Part shown: positions 9,883 to 19,825 of the stretch, piece by piece
Layout: each line of letters begins with the position of its first letter
Numbering within the stretch: the stretch's first letter is position 1
Virus genome (UHGV): UHGV-2202118
Length of the DNA: 64,000 nt
Direction: 5' to 3' (one strand)
DNA from: a virus
Program-made: the position numbers and the translations under genes
Notes under the pieces: model-generated
The model's input: only the letters and a program-made list of their open reading frames with translations
Told to the model about the DNA's origin: nothing
Databases searched by the model: none

Positions 9883-10740
9883 TTAGTCTTCTGTATCGAA
9901 GTCTTCATCTTCTTCGTCATCTGGGTCTGGCAAGTCTTCATCATCACCATCATCAGAATCATTCGAAGATTTATGGTCTGTTGCGTCTTCTTCAGTGATT
10001 TCACCGTTATCTTCAACACCATCAAGACCAAGCATAGCCAGTTCATCTTCATCCAGTTCAGGTTCACCATTAGCACCGTTACCACCAGTGTAAGGTACAA
10101 GAGTATCAATGATAAACTGTTCCTGAATAGGTTTTGTCAGAACATTGTTCTCAAAAGTGTAGAAGTGAGTAGAAAGAATCACACTACCAAAAGAACCGTT
10201 ACCAACTGCAATATCTGGATGAATTACATCATAGTTCTTGTCATCTTCGTGTTTATCAGATGCTTGAGCTTTAATTTTCTTCATCGGCTGTTTAACAGCT
10301 ACACGCTTACCATTTACTTCTTCAATAAGCATAACAGGGAATGACTGTTTAGCTGTCCATACAGCACCATCTTTATAAGCTGCTGCACGACTTACTTTCA
10401 AGATGTAGTAAGTGTCTGCTTCAAAAGGTGGTTTGCAACCAAACTTCTCTTCGAAGTCATCTGCATCAACTGCTTCAGTAGTAACTTTATCCCAACCTTC
10501 TGGGTTCTTCTTAGACTTAGTAAACTCTTTAAAGAGTTTGTTACCGTCTTCTGCCAGAATTGATACGCTGTAGTTACAATCTTTTCCTGGGAATTTCTTG
10601 TCAATAGATTTACCTTTACCCGGACGTGGTGAAGTGTTCAGGTAATAAAACCAGACATCTTTCAGCAGGTAACGCAGAGTTTGACGTTCAGTACCGTTGT
10701 ACTTCTCTACCGGAGCTTTCATTTTAACAACTTTAGACAT
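9883..10740 (-). CDS. putative single-stranded DNA-binding protein with acidic C-terminal tail
   Basis: 285 aa; extremely acidic C-terminus DDGDDEDLPDPDDEEDEDFDTED typical of phage SSB interaction tails. Confidence 0.45.
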   Translation of the reverse strand: MSKVVKMKAPVEKYNGTERQTLRYLLKDVWFYYLNTSPRPGKGKSIDKKFPGKDCNYSVSILAEDGNKLFKEFTKSKKNPEGWDKVTTEAVDADDFEEKFGCKPPFEADTYYILKVSRAAAYKDGAVWTAKQSFPVMLIEEVNGKRVAVKQPMKKIKAQASDKHEDDKNYDVIHPDIAVGNGSFGSVILSTHFYTFENNVLTKPIQEQFIIDTLVPYTGGNGANGEPELDEDELAMLGLDGVEDNGEITEEDATDHKSSNDSDDGDDEDLPDPDDEEDEDFDTED

Positions 10741-10812
10741 TATTTAAACCTCTATCTCAATTTATGAAGAGTACCAATTCTAATTTGTTGATACTCTATT
10801 GTCAAATACTAA

Positions 10813-10962
10813 TTACTGGAAGTTGTGCTTATCTTTAGAAGCTGCTTTACGTGCAGTTTTTCCAGTTCTTACACGTTTTTCTTCATAGTATTTTGCTGGT
10901 TTTCCAGCAGTGGCTTTTAAGGAATCCCCAAAAACTTTTTCAAATGCTTTAGAGTGTTTCAT
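10813..10962 (-). CDS. small basic protein (49 aa), not in ORF track
   Basis: ATG overlaps stop of upstream gene as ATGA; translation MKHSKAFEKVFGDSLKATAGKPAKYYEEKRVRTGKTARKAASKDKHNFQ. Confidence 0.35.
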   Translation of the reverse strand: MKHSKAFEKVFGDSLKATAGKPAKYYEEKRVRTGKTARKAASKDKHNFQ

Positions 10963-11252
10963 GATATTCTCCGATATACTTGATATTCAAACACATTTTC
11001 TTTCATTATAAACAGCCAACCAATATTATGCTGAGGCAGTGTAATGATGACTGTAATCATACTTTGATGGAACTGTTGTTCTATTTCAACTTCTCCATCG
11101 CATTTCATGTGGAGCATTCTATAGAACCTATCAATCTTTGTCAAACACTCTTCATGAAATTTATTTAAACTTTTTTCTTCAAAGAAGGGTGTGAACCCCT
11201 CTCTTTTATAGCTATCACTCAGTTTCGAACGGGCAGTCATCTGCATCCTCAC
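10959..11252 (-). CDS. hypothetical protein
   Basis: 97-aa ORF overlapping the primase-helicase 3' end. Confidence 0.35.
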   Translation of the reverse strand: MRMQMTARSKLSDSYKREGFTPFFEEKSLNKFHEECLTKIDRFYRMLHMKCDGEVEIEQQFHQSMITVIITLPQHNIGWLFIMKENVFEYQVYRRIS

Positions 11253-13206
11253 TTAATACAGGTGGAATCGTTGAGCTTTGACGCTGCTCTTCAGTATAGA
11301 CTTCACCAGTCTCACGGTCAAACACTTCGTCCTCATAATGTGGCAAAGAGTCATCGTAATGGTCTTCAGCTTCACCAATACCAAACTGCTGGCGAATATT
11401 TTCTGCTGCACCATCAATATCAACACCACATCCAGAAGCTTTGATAAGACGTCCTGTATCTGGATTGTACCAAGTATGACCAGCAATACCTGTTGACTTA
11501 CCATGACGACGACACTTAGTTAACTTGATTTTTGTCAAGTTTTTCTTAACAGGGTCTGGGTCAACCTTGTTACGCATTAACAGAATGTTGTTCATAGAAA
11601 TCTGGAAATACGCACCAGAACCTTTAATATCCTCTTCAGAGATATCTCCACCTTCGGAGTTAGCCTTCTGACCACCTGCACTCTTACGAACGTGACAGAC
11701 GTTCACCTGTGCGTACTGGTAGCGTTTGCAACGACGCAATAGCTCAGATAAAACTTCCTCTTCATCCGTATCTGAACGTGACAGGGCCAATGTAATAGGG
11801 TCAAGAATAATAATCTTACAGTCTAAACTATTAACAAGATAGTCAACAAACTCCAGCAAGTTATCTTGGTCAATTGCCCCTTGATGGTCTACGATGTGGA
11901 TACGACGACCTTTAGATAGTTCTGCGTGTGCTTCCTTCAATTCATCCCAATCACGTTCGTCATAAGGAATCTCAGAAATCTGCTTGCTCAGGTGAATTGC
12001 ACAGAGCATCTCCATCAACTCTTCATAGGTATCTTCAACTGGAATTACACCAATATTGTAATCGGTTTCCTTCCAAGCAGTATAAATCATTTCACGAGTG
12101 TATGCAGATTTACCCACTGAAGATGGTGCTGCCAGAGTTGTAATCTCACCTAAACCGTAACCACCATAAGTCAGCCTGTTCAAATCCCCGAAAGATTCTG
12201 GGAAAGGAATCAATGGAATCTGACCACGATTCTTCATTGCCTCAAAACCGTCTGCAAAGTTCTTGATACCAGCAGGACAGTAACGAGGTGCATTGTAGAT
12301 ACGCTGCTTAAATCCTTCCAGAACTGTATCTTTCTCTTTATAGAACTTTGTCCACCACTCGTTAAGGTCTTTTACACCTTCTGGATACTGGAATAAGCGA
12401 ACCTTCTCAATAGGTAGGATACCAGCAGCCTCTTTGGTAGCTTTAGCACCTGCTTCATCGTTATCAAAGCACAAGTAAATCTCATCAAATGATGTGATGT
12501 ACTGATAGTTGTCTTTGATAGACTTAATGTTTGCACCTGATGGAACAGATACGTGACAGTAATTCTTACGACGAGACTTGTCCTTAATCGCAAGAGAAGT
12601 CATATAGATTGCTGTCGCACATTCCATCTCACCTTCCCAGATGAATAGACGGTTACCACCTTCTGGAGCAATCCATGAACCGAACATTGCTAGTTCACCT
12701 TTAATGTCTCCAACACCACCAGAAAAGTCTTTTAACTTACCACGTAGGTGCTCTTTTGGATGGTCTTCTGGGTAACGGTGACGAACACGGTAGCCAACAT
12801 GTTCTAGCTTACCATCTTCATTACGTTTGTAAGTTGGATAGAAGTGCGCATCAATTTCACCGTCACTGTCAATGTCAACCTTGATACCTAAGCGTTCAAG
12901 GACTTTTGCAGGAATCTTCCTATCCTTTAAGTCCATTGCTTCAAGGTTTTCTTTCACATCGTCTAAATCCATTCCACGGAAAGTACGGTTTTTATTGTCT
13001 GAACCAGTAGAATAAGTGCTCACGATTTGTCCTTTATCAAAATCCCACTCTGGGAAACCTTTGTTACAACTAAAGCAAGTCATTGAATAAGAATCATCGT
13101 CATGATGATAGATTGAACCAGCATCTGATGAACCACAACGTGGACATGCGCAATGACCAACAAACTGACCAGCCTCTTTCAATTTACGACCTTTAGACAT
13201 TAGCAC
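11215..13206 (-). CDS. DNA primase-helicase (zinc-finger/TOPRIM primase fused to DnaB-like helicase)
   Basis: 663 aa; N-terminal CPRCGSS...CFSC zinc ribbon; Walker A LAAPSSVGKSAY in C-terminal half. Confidence 0.8.
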   Translation of the reverse strand: MLMSKGRKLKEAGQFVGHCACPRCGSSDAGSIYHHDDDSYSMTCFSCNKGFPEWDFDKGQIVSTYSTGSDNKNRTFRGMDLDDVKENLEAMDLKDRKIPAKVLERLGIKVDIDSDGEIDAHFYPTYKRNEDGKLEHVGYRVRHRYPEDHPKEHLRGKLKDFSGGVGDIKGELAMFGSWIAPEGGNRLFIWEGEMECATAIYMTSLAIKDKSRRKNYCHVSVPSGANIKSIKDNYQYITSFDEIYLCFDNDEAGAKATKEAAGILPIEKVRLFQYPEGVKDLNEWWTKFYKEKDTVLEGFKQRIYNAPRYCPAGIKNFADGFEAMKNRGQIPLIPFPESFGDLNRLTYGGYGLGEITTLAAPSSVGKSAYTREMIYTAWKETDYNIGVIPVEDTYEELMEMLCAIHLSKQISEIPYDERDWDELKEAHAELSKGRRIHIVDHQGAIDQDNLLEFVDYLVNSLDCKIIILDPITLALSRSDTDEEEVLSELLRRCKRYQYAQVNVCHVRKSAGGQKANSEGGDISEEDIKGSGAYFQISMNNILLMRNKVDPDPVKKNLTKIKLTKCRRHGKSTGIAGHTWYNPDTGRLIKASGCGVDIDGAAENIRQQFGIGEAEDHYDDSLPHYEDEVFDRETGEVYTEEQRQSSTIPPVLSEDADDCPFETE

Positions 13207-13393
13207 CTCTTCGTTGTAGTTCTGCCTTCAATCCATTTTCAATCTTGTCCAGTTCATGAATTTCATCTGCAATCTCTTTCCTTCGTGATTCAACTCTCTT
13301 AAGACGTTCAATCATTACCTCATTGGAAAGAGATGAGAGTTCCACTAAACGGTGGTCAATAACTTTAAAATTGTCTTTTACTCTCATCTTCAT
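13193..13393 (-). CDS. hypothetical coiled-coil protein
   Basis: 66-aa ORF. Confidence 0.3.
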   Translation of the reverse strand: MKMRVKDNFKVIDHRLVELSSLSNEVMIERLKRVESRRKEIADEIHELDKIENGLKAELQRRGANV

Positions 13394-13401
13394 TCTCTCT
13401 T

Positions 13402-14145
13402 TTAAACTTTAATGATGGCTCTTAGCTTGTTCTCAAGGTCTGCAAGAGTACCATTATTATGAATAATGTCACGCTCATATTTTGTAGAAATCCCATTTTC
13501 TGAAACATGTGATGAAACTTTGTCCACATTGTCTCTTTTTACTTCAATAGTTTGGTGTGCAAATCTACTCAGCCATTCAGCTTCAGAGTCAAATCTTAAA
13601 TCACTGATTAAGACAAAACCATATTGATTTCTAAGTGAGCACATTTCATGGAATCTAACCATTCTTTTTTCAAGGTCTTTAGACCAGAACTTGTCGCCCA
13701 TTACTTTACGGACAACTTCAGTACCCCAAATCTGTTGAATTTGTCTTGATGAGAATTTATACTTTTTACTAAACCCCAGACGTGTCAATAGAGTCGGTTT
13801 AGCAACCTTCTTAAGCTCCATGATTAATCGTCCGGTTAACTCTGACATAAGCTTGAAGTCCATATGGTAACGTTCATCTCTGAAGGTGAACTCCATAGCT
13901 TCCGTAACTTTAAACATCAGTTCAGAGTATGATAAGTCAAAAACCTGTGGAGTCTCTTTAGTTTCACCGTACAGGTCATTCCAAGTCAAGTCAAATATCT
14001 TTGATGCAGATAGTTTAAGGTTGTCTGCAAAGGCCATTACAGCAACATTGTAGCCATACTCATCCTCTAAGATGTTCTTCACAATAGAACATGAGGTGTC
14101 TTTTCCAGAACGTGCCTTTCCAGTAAATGCGATAATATTACTCAT
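13402..14145 (-). CDS. deoxynucleoside monophosphate kinase
   Basis: 247 aa; P-loop AFTGKARSGKDT closely matches the T4 gp1 SGVKRSGKDT region as I recall it. Confidence 0.65.
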   Translation of the reverse strand: MSNIIAFTGKARSGKDTSCSIVKNILEDEYGYNVAVMAFADNLKLSASKIFDLTWNDLYGETKETPQVFDLSYSELMFKVTEAMEFTFRDERYHMDFKLMSELTGRLIMELKKVAKPTLLTRLGFSKKYKFSSRQIQQIWGTEVVRKVMGDKFWSKDLEKRMVRFHEMCSLRNQYGFVLISDLRFDSEAEWLSRFAHQTIEVKRDNVDKVSSHVSENGISTKYERDIIHNNGTLADLENKLRAIIKV

Positions 14146-14163
14146 TTTATCTCCCTTAATTAC

Positions 14164-14188
14164 TAAAAAGCCCCCAACTAAGGAGGCT
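14164..14188 (-). terminator. hairpin plus T-run on minus strand
   Basis: AGCCCCC/GGAGGCT stem then TTTTT on minus strand after the 14207-15007 gene. Confidence 0.4.
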
Positions 14189-14206
14189 TGTAAGATTTAT
14201 AAAGAC

Positions 14207-15007
14207 TTAGTGCAGTTGCTCAGCAGACTCTTTTTCAGCCATAGCTGAGATTTGCTTCACAAAATCATCACCGAAGTTAATGCGTAGTTTCTCTTCAATG
14301 ATTGAAGCACCAATGTTCACCAAAACATCATTGATTGCTTGCATACTAACGCCACCAGTCATCTCCTCAATTAACTCAATACTCACACCCATCATCTGTG
14401 AAAGTTGGATTAGTGCAACGATTTTCATCATCGTGGAGATAGCTGGAATCATCAGTGTAACTTTCACCTGAAGTGGTTCTATATCAGCTACAGAGTCATT
14501 TTCAACAGCTTCTTCCAAAGACTCTTTAGTTTGCTGTATAATCTCTTTGATTCGTGGGTTTAATTCTTCTACGCCCCAATCAAGTTTTTCATATCGTGAA
14601 AGTTTCTCTTCCATGCGCTTCTCAAGCGCAGCCATAACAGCACTCGTTGACGAAATTAACAGGTCAATTAGCTCATTATTATCTAAGAGCAGTAGTGAGT
14701 CTTTTTCTTCAGAGGTCATGGCAATATAGTCATTTTTCTGCATCTCATAAAAAATGAACTCTGCAAGAGCATCGACACCTACAACAATAGATGCTAAAGC
14801 AAGTTTTTTGTCACAAAGCATCATGTTGACCTGTTCTGCAAAAGCACCGTTATCAGACTTGTCTTCAGGCAAGTTGTAGCTTGCAGGCATAAACTGTTCT
14901 GTGTAGTTGTTCCCACGAAGAATCATAGCCATGCTTTCTACGGCATTGATTAAAAATGCTTCGTTAATACCTTTTTCTTCAAGCATCTTTTCTACATTGA
15001 TATTCAT
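14207..15007 (-). CDS. highly acidic hypothetical protein
   Basis: 266 aa, D/E-rich throughout. Confidence 0.45.
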   Translation of the reverse strand: MNINVEKMLEEKGINEAFLINAVESMAMILRGNNYTEQFMPASYNLPEDKSDNGAFAEQVNMMLCDKKLALASIVVGVDALAEFIFYEMQKNDYIAMTSEEKDSLLLLDNNELIDLLISSTSAVMAALEKRMEEKLSRYEKLDWGVEELNPRIKEIIQQTKESLEEAVENDSVADIEPLQVKVTLMIPAISTMMKIVALIQLSQMMGVSIELIEEMTGGVSMQAINDVLVNIGASIIEEKLRINFGDDFVKQISAMAEKESAEQLH

Positions 15008-15008
15008 A

Positions 15009-15431
15009 TTATTTCTCTCTCAGTTGGTTAAGTTTCTTTCTAGAACATTTTAAGTTTTCTGATGAAGAAAAGTCAAGTGTCTTTTCAGAACGTGGATAAT
15101 AGTGCCTATCCCAAGAAGTTTCAACATCGTTAATCAGTGACGCTAGATTACACAAGTCTGTACCACTTTGCAACCTCTTTTTAAGAGAATCTAGTAAAGC
15201 AACTGTGTCTTTAGCTTTACGTCTAGCTGTAGCAACATCTTTCATATGCTCAAATACAGAGCATTTTAAGTCATCTTCATAGTTTTCAGACAACTCTATT
15301 TCATGTTGTATATCAACCATTCTCCTGTGATGGTGAGCATATTCCCGTTGAGCAGCAATGTCAAGTTCTTCCAACTTCTGCAAAGCTCTAACAAAGTCAG
15401 CTATGTCTGGGTGAACAAACATTTTCTGCAT
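15009..15431 (-). CDS. hypothetical protein
   Basis: 140-aa ORF immediately upstream (minus) of the acidic protein. Confidence 0.4.
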   Translation of the reverse strand: MQKMFVHPDIADFVRALQKLEELDIAAQREYAHHHRRMVDIQHEIELSENYEDDLKCSVFEHMKDVATARRKAKDTVALLDSLKKRLQSGTDLCNLASLINDVETSWDRHYYPRSEKTLDFSSSENLKCSRKKLNQLREK

Positions 15432-15604
15432 GTAAGCCTCTTTTAAGTAACTATTAAGTTTTAATCTTTTATCTTAACGTATTCTATACGTTATACTTTA
15501 AAGCTTTTTAAAAGCTATTAAATAATCTTTTAAGAGTTTTAAAGTATCTGTATAGTTAAACTGTTAAGTAACCTTTTAAGTAAAAACCCACTTCGCAAAG
15601 ATTA

Positions 15605-15629
15605 ACACCTTGTCAAGTGCATTGTCAAC
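15605..15629. promoter_or_regulatory. conserved divergent-promoter module ACACCTTGTCAAGTGCATTGTCAAC
   Basis: Near-identical 25-mer recurs at 54458-54482 in the other strand-switch region; contains two TTGACA hexamers on the minus strand. Confidence 0.5.
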
Positions 15630-15688
15630 TTGCTTTTTATAATTTTTTGCAGTAATGTATGAGGTTAATGATTTTAGAGGGAGTAAAA

Positions 15689-18388
15689 ATGGAAAACGTA
15701 GATTTTAAAAACTTACATTTAGTTGGTGATACAGAAACTGATGGTTTACTCCTTGAGTTCACTAAAGTGCACGTAATGGCTTTCGCAGACTATAAATCTG
15801 ACGATGAAGAGCCGCCTGTATGGGTCTTTACAGATGAGCCTATCCTCGGTCACAAGTATACCAAGTACATTAAGGGTGGCTTACGTGAAGGCATTGAGTT
15901 TGCGTTAAAGGCAAAACGTCTTTGCATCCATAATGGTCTCGGTTATGACTGGTGGGTTTTCAATCACATTGCACCTGATTTATGGAACTTTGATAATCCA
16001 AAGTGTAAACCGTGGAGTAATTTCTTTCAGGATTCTCTTATCCAGTCTCGTGTTCAGTGGATGGATAGACCAACTCCAAAGGGCTATAAAGGTGCTCATG
16101 GTTTGGCTGCATGGGGTGCTCGTGTTGGTGTTCGTAAACCAGAGATTGAACATTGGGGTGTGTGGAATGCAGAAATCTTCACTCGTGTTGTAGAAGATAT
16201 CCGTATTAACGCCAAAACTAAACGGGCACTTGATAATGAATATCTCAAGCTTAAGAAGTGTGGCATAGACACTTATGAAACCTACATGCGAGCTAAAGAA
16301 ACATCTTTCTGGATGAGTCAACAAGCTATCAATGGCTGGAAAGCTGATAAAGAGCTTATGGAGTTCCATGTAAAGGAACTTGACAAGTTGACTAATGAGC
16401 TTGCTTCAGAAGTTGAACCGCATCTACCTCCAACTATTAAGACCAAAGGTAAAGTCACTGGAGAAGAGTTTGCAAAAGCTTGGAATGAGTATGTTGAAGC
16501 ATTTGGTCATGCAGATGGACTGAAAAGAATTACCAAGTACCCTAAGACGAAGTATCGTCAGCAGGTGCGTAATGGTGAGATGCAGACTTATGAAATCAAA
16601 CCATTTGGTAAGCCAACTACAAAGATTTTTAACATTGAAAAGAGAAATTGCTATACACCAACCAACTCTGTAACTGGTGAAGAGTACAAGGAGGGTTTTG
16701 TAGCAATGAAGGATGCTCGTGCAATTTGCAATGAGTTGAACGCAAAGATTGGTAAGAAATGCAAAGACTGGAAACCAGTAAAAACAGTCAAAACTGTGAA
16801 GTACTATAACAGCCACGTTGTTAACCACTTTGAACTTGAGTCAAGTCGCTACACAGGTTTGATTGATGCGCCATATACACCAATTGAGTTTGAAGTTTCT
16901 CGTATGACTCAGGTAGCAGTTGTTAAAGACTACTTGAAATCAGTTGGTTGGGTTCCAGATGACTGGAATTACAAGAAAGACTCAGATGGTCGCCCTGTCA
17001 AAGTTTGTCGTTTCAAAGACAATAAAAAGATGATTACAAAGCATCCTAAGTGGCAGGAAATGGTTGAGCGGTGTGGTTTGAGTTATGTTGAACATGAAGG
17101 TGTACAGTACATCGAGCATAACTGGTCTGTGAAGAAATACACAGATTTGCTTGAACCTTGCTTAATCCGTACTTCACCAAAACTTACTGAATCATCTTAT
17201 GATACGATTGAAGGTGAGCTTGGACAGAAGATTGCTAAGTACTATACTTTGATGCACCGACGCAGAACTATTGAGAACTCAAAGGATGATGAAAAAGGTT
17301 GGCTTAACCAGATTCGTCCTGATGGTCGCCTTAGTGCTGGTGCAATGGTGTTTGGTACTTCAACTGGACGTATGACACAGTATGGTATTGTAAACGTACC
17401 GTCTGGTGCTGCTGTCTATGGAGAACCAATGAGGGCAGTATGGATTTGTGAGGAAGGTACTAACGTTGTCTCTGTAGATATGAACTCAGCCCAGCTAGTT
17501 CTTCTTTGTAACTTTATGGGTGATAAAGACTTCACCAAAGCGGTAACGCAAGGTAAAGAAGAAATTGAGTTCATTCGTCAAGAAGATGGACGCTATTACT
17601 GCAAACATTTTGATGAGTACCTCAACCCAGAGATTGATAAGTACCTTCGCTATGACTCTGAGAATGACCTGTACGTTGTCTATTCAGGGACTGATGCACA
17701 TACATTGAACAGTATTTACTTTAGCTTGAATGATGAGCAGGATATCTTGACTTGTCGAGCTACTCAGGATGAGAATCTTCTTCATGAGATTAGCAAAGGC
17801 CGTAAGAAAGCTAAGAATGGTATCTATGCACTGCTGTTCGGTGCAGGTGATGAGAAGTTTGCTAAGACGATTAAGGCTGCAACTACTCAGGAAGGTGCGC
17901 TGACTAAACAGACTTACTTTATCCGTTTGCCTAAAATTAAGAAGCTGTTAGATGACTTGGAAGCTGACTACAAAGCAACTAAAAAGGCACTTGAAGAGGT
18001 GTTTGGTAAGACTGCTGCAATCTCTAAAGGGGGTTTTGTAAAGGTTGCTGGAGCTTGGTTGTGGTGTAAATCTCCACATAAGTTATTGAATTATTTGCTC
18101 ATGGGTTCGGAGGCTCAGATTCAAAATGAGGCAATTAACCTTGCTTGTAGAAGAGCATGTGAAGAAGGGTTGACAAAATTAAATGGACGAAAACCAGCAA
18201 TTGGTGCTAGGCTTTTGCTGGCATACCACGATGAAAACAGTTGGGAATGTCCAGAAAGTATGACTCAAGAAGTGAAAGCCATAACTGACTGGATGTATGG
18301 TCAGGCATCTAAGAATTTAGGTTTGAAGAGTGAGACGCTTGTAACTGGCACAGGTAAGGTTGGTAAGAGCTGGTTGGAAGTACATTGA
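15689..18388 (+). CDS. DNA polymerase, family A
   Basis: About 900 aa; RBS GAGGGAG before ATG at 15689; Pol A motif B KKAKNGIYALLFGAG and motif C YHDENSWE. Confidence 0.85.
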   Translation: MENVDFKNLHLVGDTETDGLLLEFTKVHVMAFADYKSDDEEPPVWVFTDEPILGHKYTKYIKGGLREGIEFALKAKRLCIHNGLGYDWWVFNHIAPDLWNFDNPKCKPWSNFFQDSLIQSRVQWMDRPTPKGYKGAHGLAAWGARVGVRKPEIEHWGVWNAEIFTRVVEDIRINAKTKRALDNEYLKLKKCGIDTYETYMRAKETSFWMSQQAINGWKADKELMEFHVKELDKLTNELASEVEPHLPPTIKTKGKVTGEEFAKAWNEYVEAFGHADGLKRITKYPKTKYRQQVRNGEMQTYEIKPFGKPTTKIFNIEKRNCYTPTNSVTGEEYKEGFVAMKDARAICNELNAKIGKKCKDWKPVKTVKTVKYYNSHVVNHFELESSRYTGLIDAPYTPIEFEVSRMTQVAVVKDYLKSVGWVPDDWNYKKDSDGRPVKVCRFKDNKKMITKHPKWQEMVERCGLSYVEHEGVQYIEHNWSVKKYTDLLEPCLIRTSPKLTESSYDTIEGELGQKIAKYYTLMHRRRTIENSKDDEKGWLNQIRPDGRLSAGAMVFGTSTGRMTQYGIVNVPSGAAVYGEPMRAVWICEEGTNVVSVDMNSAQLVLLCNFMGDKDFTKAVTQGKEEIEFIRQEDGRYYCKHFDEYLNPEIDKYLRYDSENDLYVVYSGTDAHTLNSIYFSLNDEQDILTCRATQDENLLHEISKGRKKAKNGIYALLFGAGDEKFAKTIKAATTQEGALTKQTYFIRLPKIKKLLDDLEADYKATKKALEEVFGKTAAISKGGFVKVAGAWLWCKSPHKLLNYLLMGSEAQIQNEAINLACRRACEEGLTKLNGRKPAIGARLLLAYHDENSWECPESMTQEVKAITDWMYGQASKNLGLKSETLVTGTGKVGKSWLEVH

Positions 18389-18923
18389 TGGTGTTGAAAT
18401 GATTACAGAAATTCGTCTTAAGGAGCTATTGGACTACGACCCCGAAACAGGGGTCTTTACTTGGAAGTTTAGAGAGCCGGTATCACGAGGCAATAAGAAC
18501 TTCAACTCTCGTTTTGGAGGTAAAAAGGCAGGAAATTATAGGATAAACACAGATGGTCACAAGTCTGTTCAGTTATTGCTTGATGGTAAAGGCTACCAAG
18601 CTAACCGTCTAGCAATACTATATGTGGATGGATACCTGCCTGATAAAAACTTACAGGTTGACCATAAGAATGGGGACGGTTGGGACAATAGGTACTTGAA
18701 TTTAAGGGTTTGTACAGCTTCACAAAACTCTTGCAATCGGTCAAGAAAGTCCCCATCTGGGTTGCCAAAAGGTGTACAGAAGATAAGTAAAAGGTTTCGA
18801 GCAATGATACGTTTACAAGGTAAAAACTATCATCTTGGTATGTTTGACACACCAGAAGAAGCCCATAAAGCTTACTGTGAAGCTGCTATTAAACTCCACG
18901 GAGAGTTTGCAAAACTAAGTTGA
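18360..18923 (+). CDS. HNH homing endonuclease with AP2-type domain
   Basis: 187 aa; YDPETGVFTWK N-terminus paralogous to the 8296-8820 protein; DHKNGDGWDNRYLNL HNH core; overlaps polymerase 3' end. Confidence 0.75.
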   Translation: MVRAGWKYIDGVEMITEIRLKELLDYDPETGVFTWKFREPVSRGNKNFNSRFGGKKAGNYRINTDGHKSVQLLLDGKGYQANRLAILYVDGYLPDKNLQVDHKNGDGWDNRYLNLRVCTASQNSCNRSRKSPSGLPKGVQKISKRFRAMIRLQGKNYHLGMFDTPEEAHKAYCEAAIKLHGEFAKLS

Positions 18924-18974
18924 CAAGGTGCTCAGGGAAGAGTACCTTATACTACATCTTGTATAGGAGGGATT

Positions 18975-19184
18975 ATGAGCCATCGTGGAAGAACCCATGC
19001 AGCAATGATGAAAGGTGCTTCAAAGGAGACTATCAAAAATCGTAAGCAGAAGTTGTTTGAGAGAATGAACAGGTTAATTGACAATTCATCTCTTTCAGGT
19101 TCTGAGAAGGTTTTCTTGAAAGGTAACCTTAAAAGCATTGCACAAGAACTTATTGACATTGAGTATTGGAGACATCAAAAATGA
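18975..19184 (+). CDS. hypothetical protein
   Basis: 69-aa ORF with GGAGGG RBS. Confidence 0.4.
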   Translation: MSHRGRTHAAMMKGASKETIKNRKQKLFERMNRLIDNSSLSGSEKVFLKGNLKSIAQELIDIEYWRHQK

Positions 19185-19393
19185 CACTTGCAGACGTTAT
19201 TCAGCAACTTCACGACAATTGCTATACTCCAGAGTTGATTCAGGAGATGCCCATTGTAGTGATGCCTAGTAAGTTCGTAAAAGCTTTTAATAGTGACTCT
19301 TTAAGGGCTGCACATATCCTTATTGTTGACGGCAAGATTGCAAGAGACCGTACTGGAGTCCTTAAGGGCGAACGTATTAATATTGACTTCTGA
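19181..19393 (+). CDS. hypothetical protein
   Basis: Start moved to internal ATG with GGAGA RBS; about 70 aa. Confidence 0.35.
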   Translation: MTLADVIQQLHDNCYTPELIQEMPIVVMPSKFVKAFNSDSLRAAHILIVDGKIARDRTGVLKGERINIDF

Positions 19394-19409
19394 GTATTGG
19401 TATACCAAA

Positions 19410-19565
19410 ATGAAACGCAAAGTAAAACTGTTTAGTTTATATGGAAGAGTCGGTAAAGGTTTTGATTGGCAACTGCTACGTTCAGATGTTAAAAGCAACG
19501 AGTTAGCACAGCTTATTATATACTATCGACGAACGTACAGAGAAGTAGAACATCGTGAACAGTAA
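19410..19565 (+). CDS. hypothetical small protein
   Basis: Internal start MKRKVKLF of the tracked ORF 19323-19565. Confidence 0.3.
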   Translation: MKRKVKLFSLYGRVGKGFDWQLLRSDVKSNELAQLIIYYRRTYREVEHREQ

Positions 19566-19578
19566 TAGGAGTAGTGTT

Positions 19579-19815
19579 ATGTGGAAAGTGGTAATTGCGC
19601 TTGGTGTTATTTTTCTATCTGGCTGCAACCCTTCTTATGAAGATAAAAATGCTTCTTATAGCCTCCCACCAGAGATGCAAGATTGCAGAGTATACAAGTT
19701 ACATGGTGATGCTATAAGCAGAGATATTGTTGTTGTCAGATGTCCAAACTCTCAAACAACAACATCTTACAGCTATGGCAAAAATGGACAATCACATACT
19801 ACGGTTATTGAGTGA
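19579..19815 (+). CDS. putative lipoprotein
   Basis: Signal peptide MWKVVIALGVIFLSGC with lipobox LSGC; AGGAG RBS before ATG at 19579. Confidence 0.5.
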   Translation: MWKVVIALGVIFLSGCNPSYEDKNASYSLPPEMQDCRVYKLHGDAISRDIVVVRCPNSQTTTSYSYGKNGQSHTTVIE

Positions 19816-19825
19816 GGTTTTCACG

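Noticed and set aside
15659-15688. Upstream start (MRLMILEGVK) for the DNA polymerase given by the ORF track
   Set aside because: The ATG at 15689 has a strong GAGGGAG RBS at ideal spacing, and the tracked start would put the RBS inside the coding sequence.
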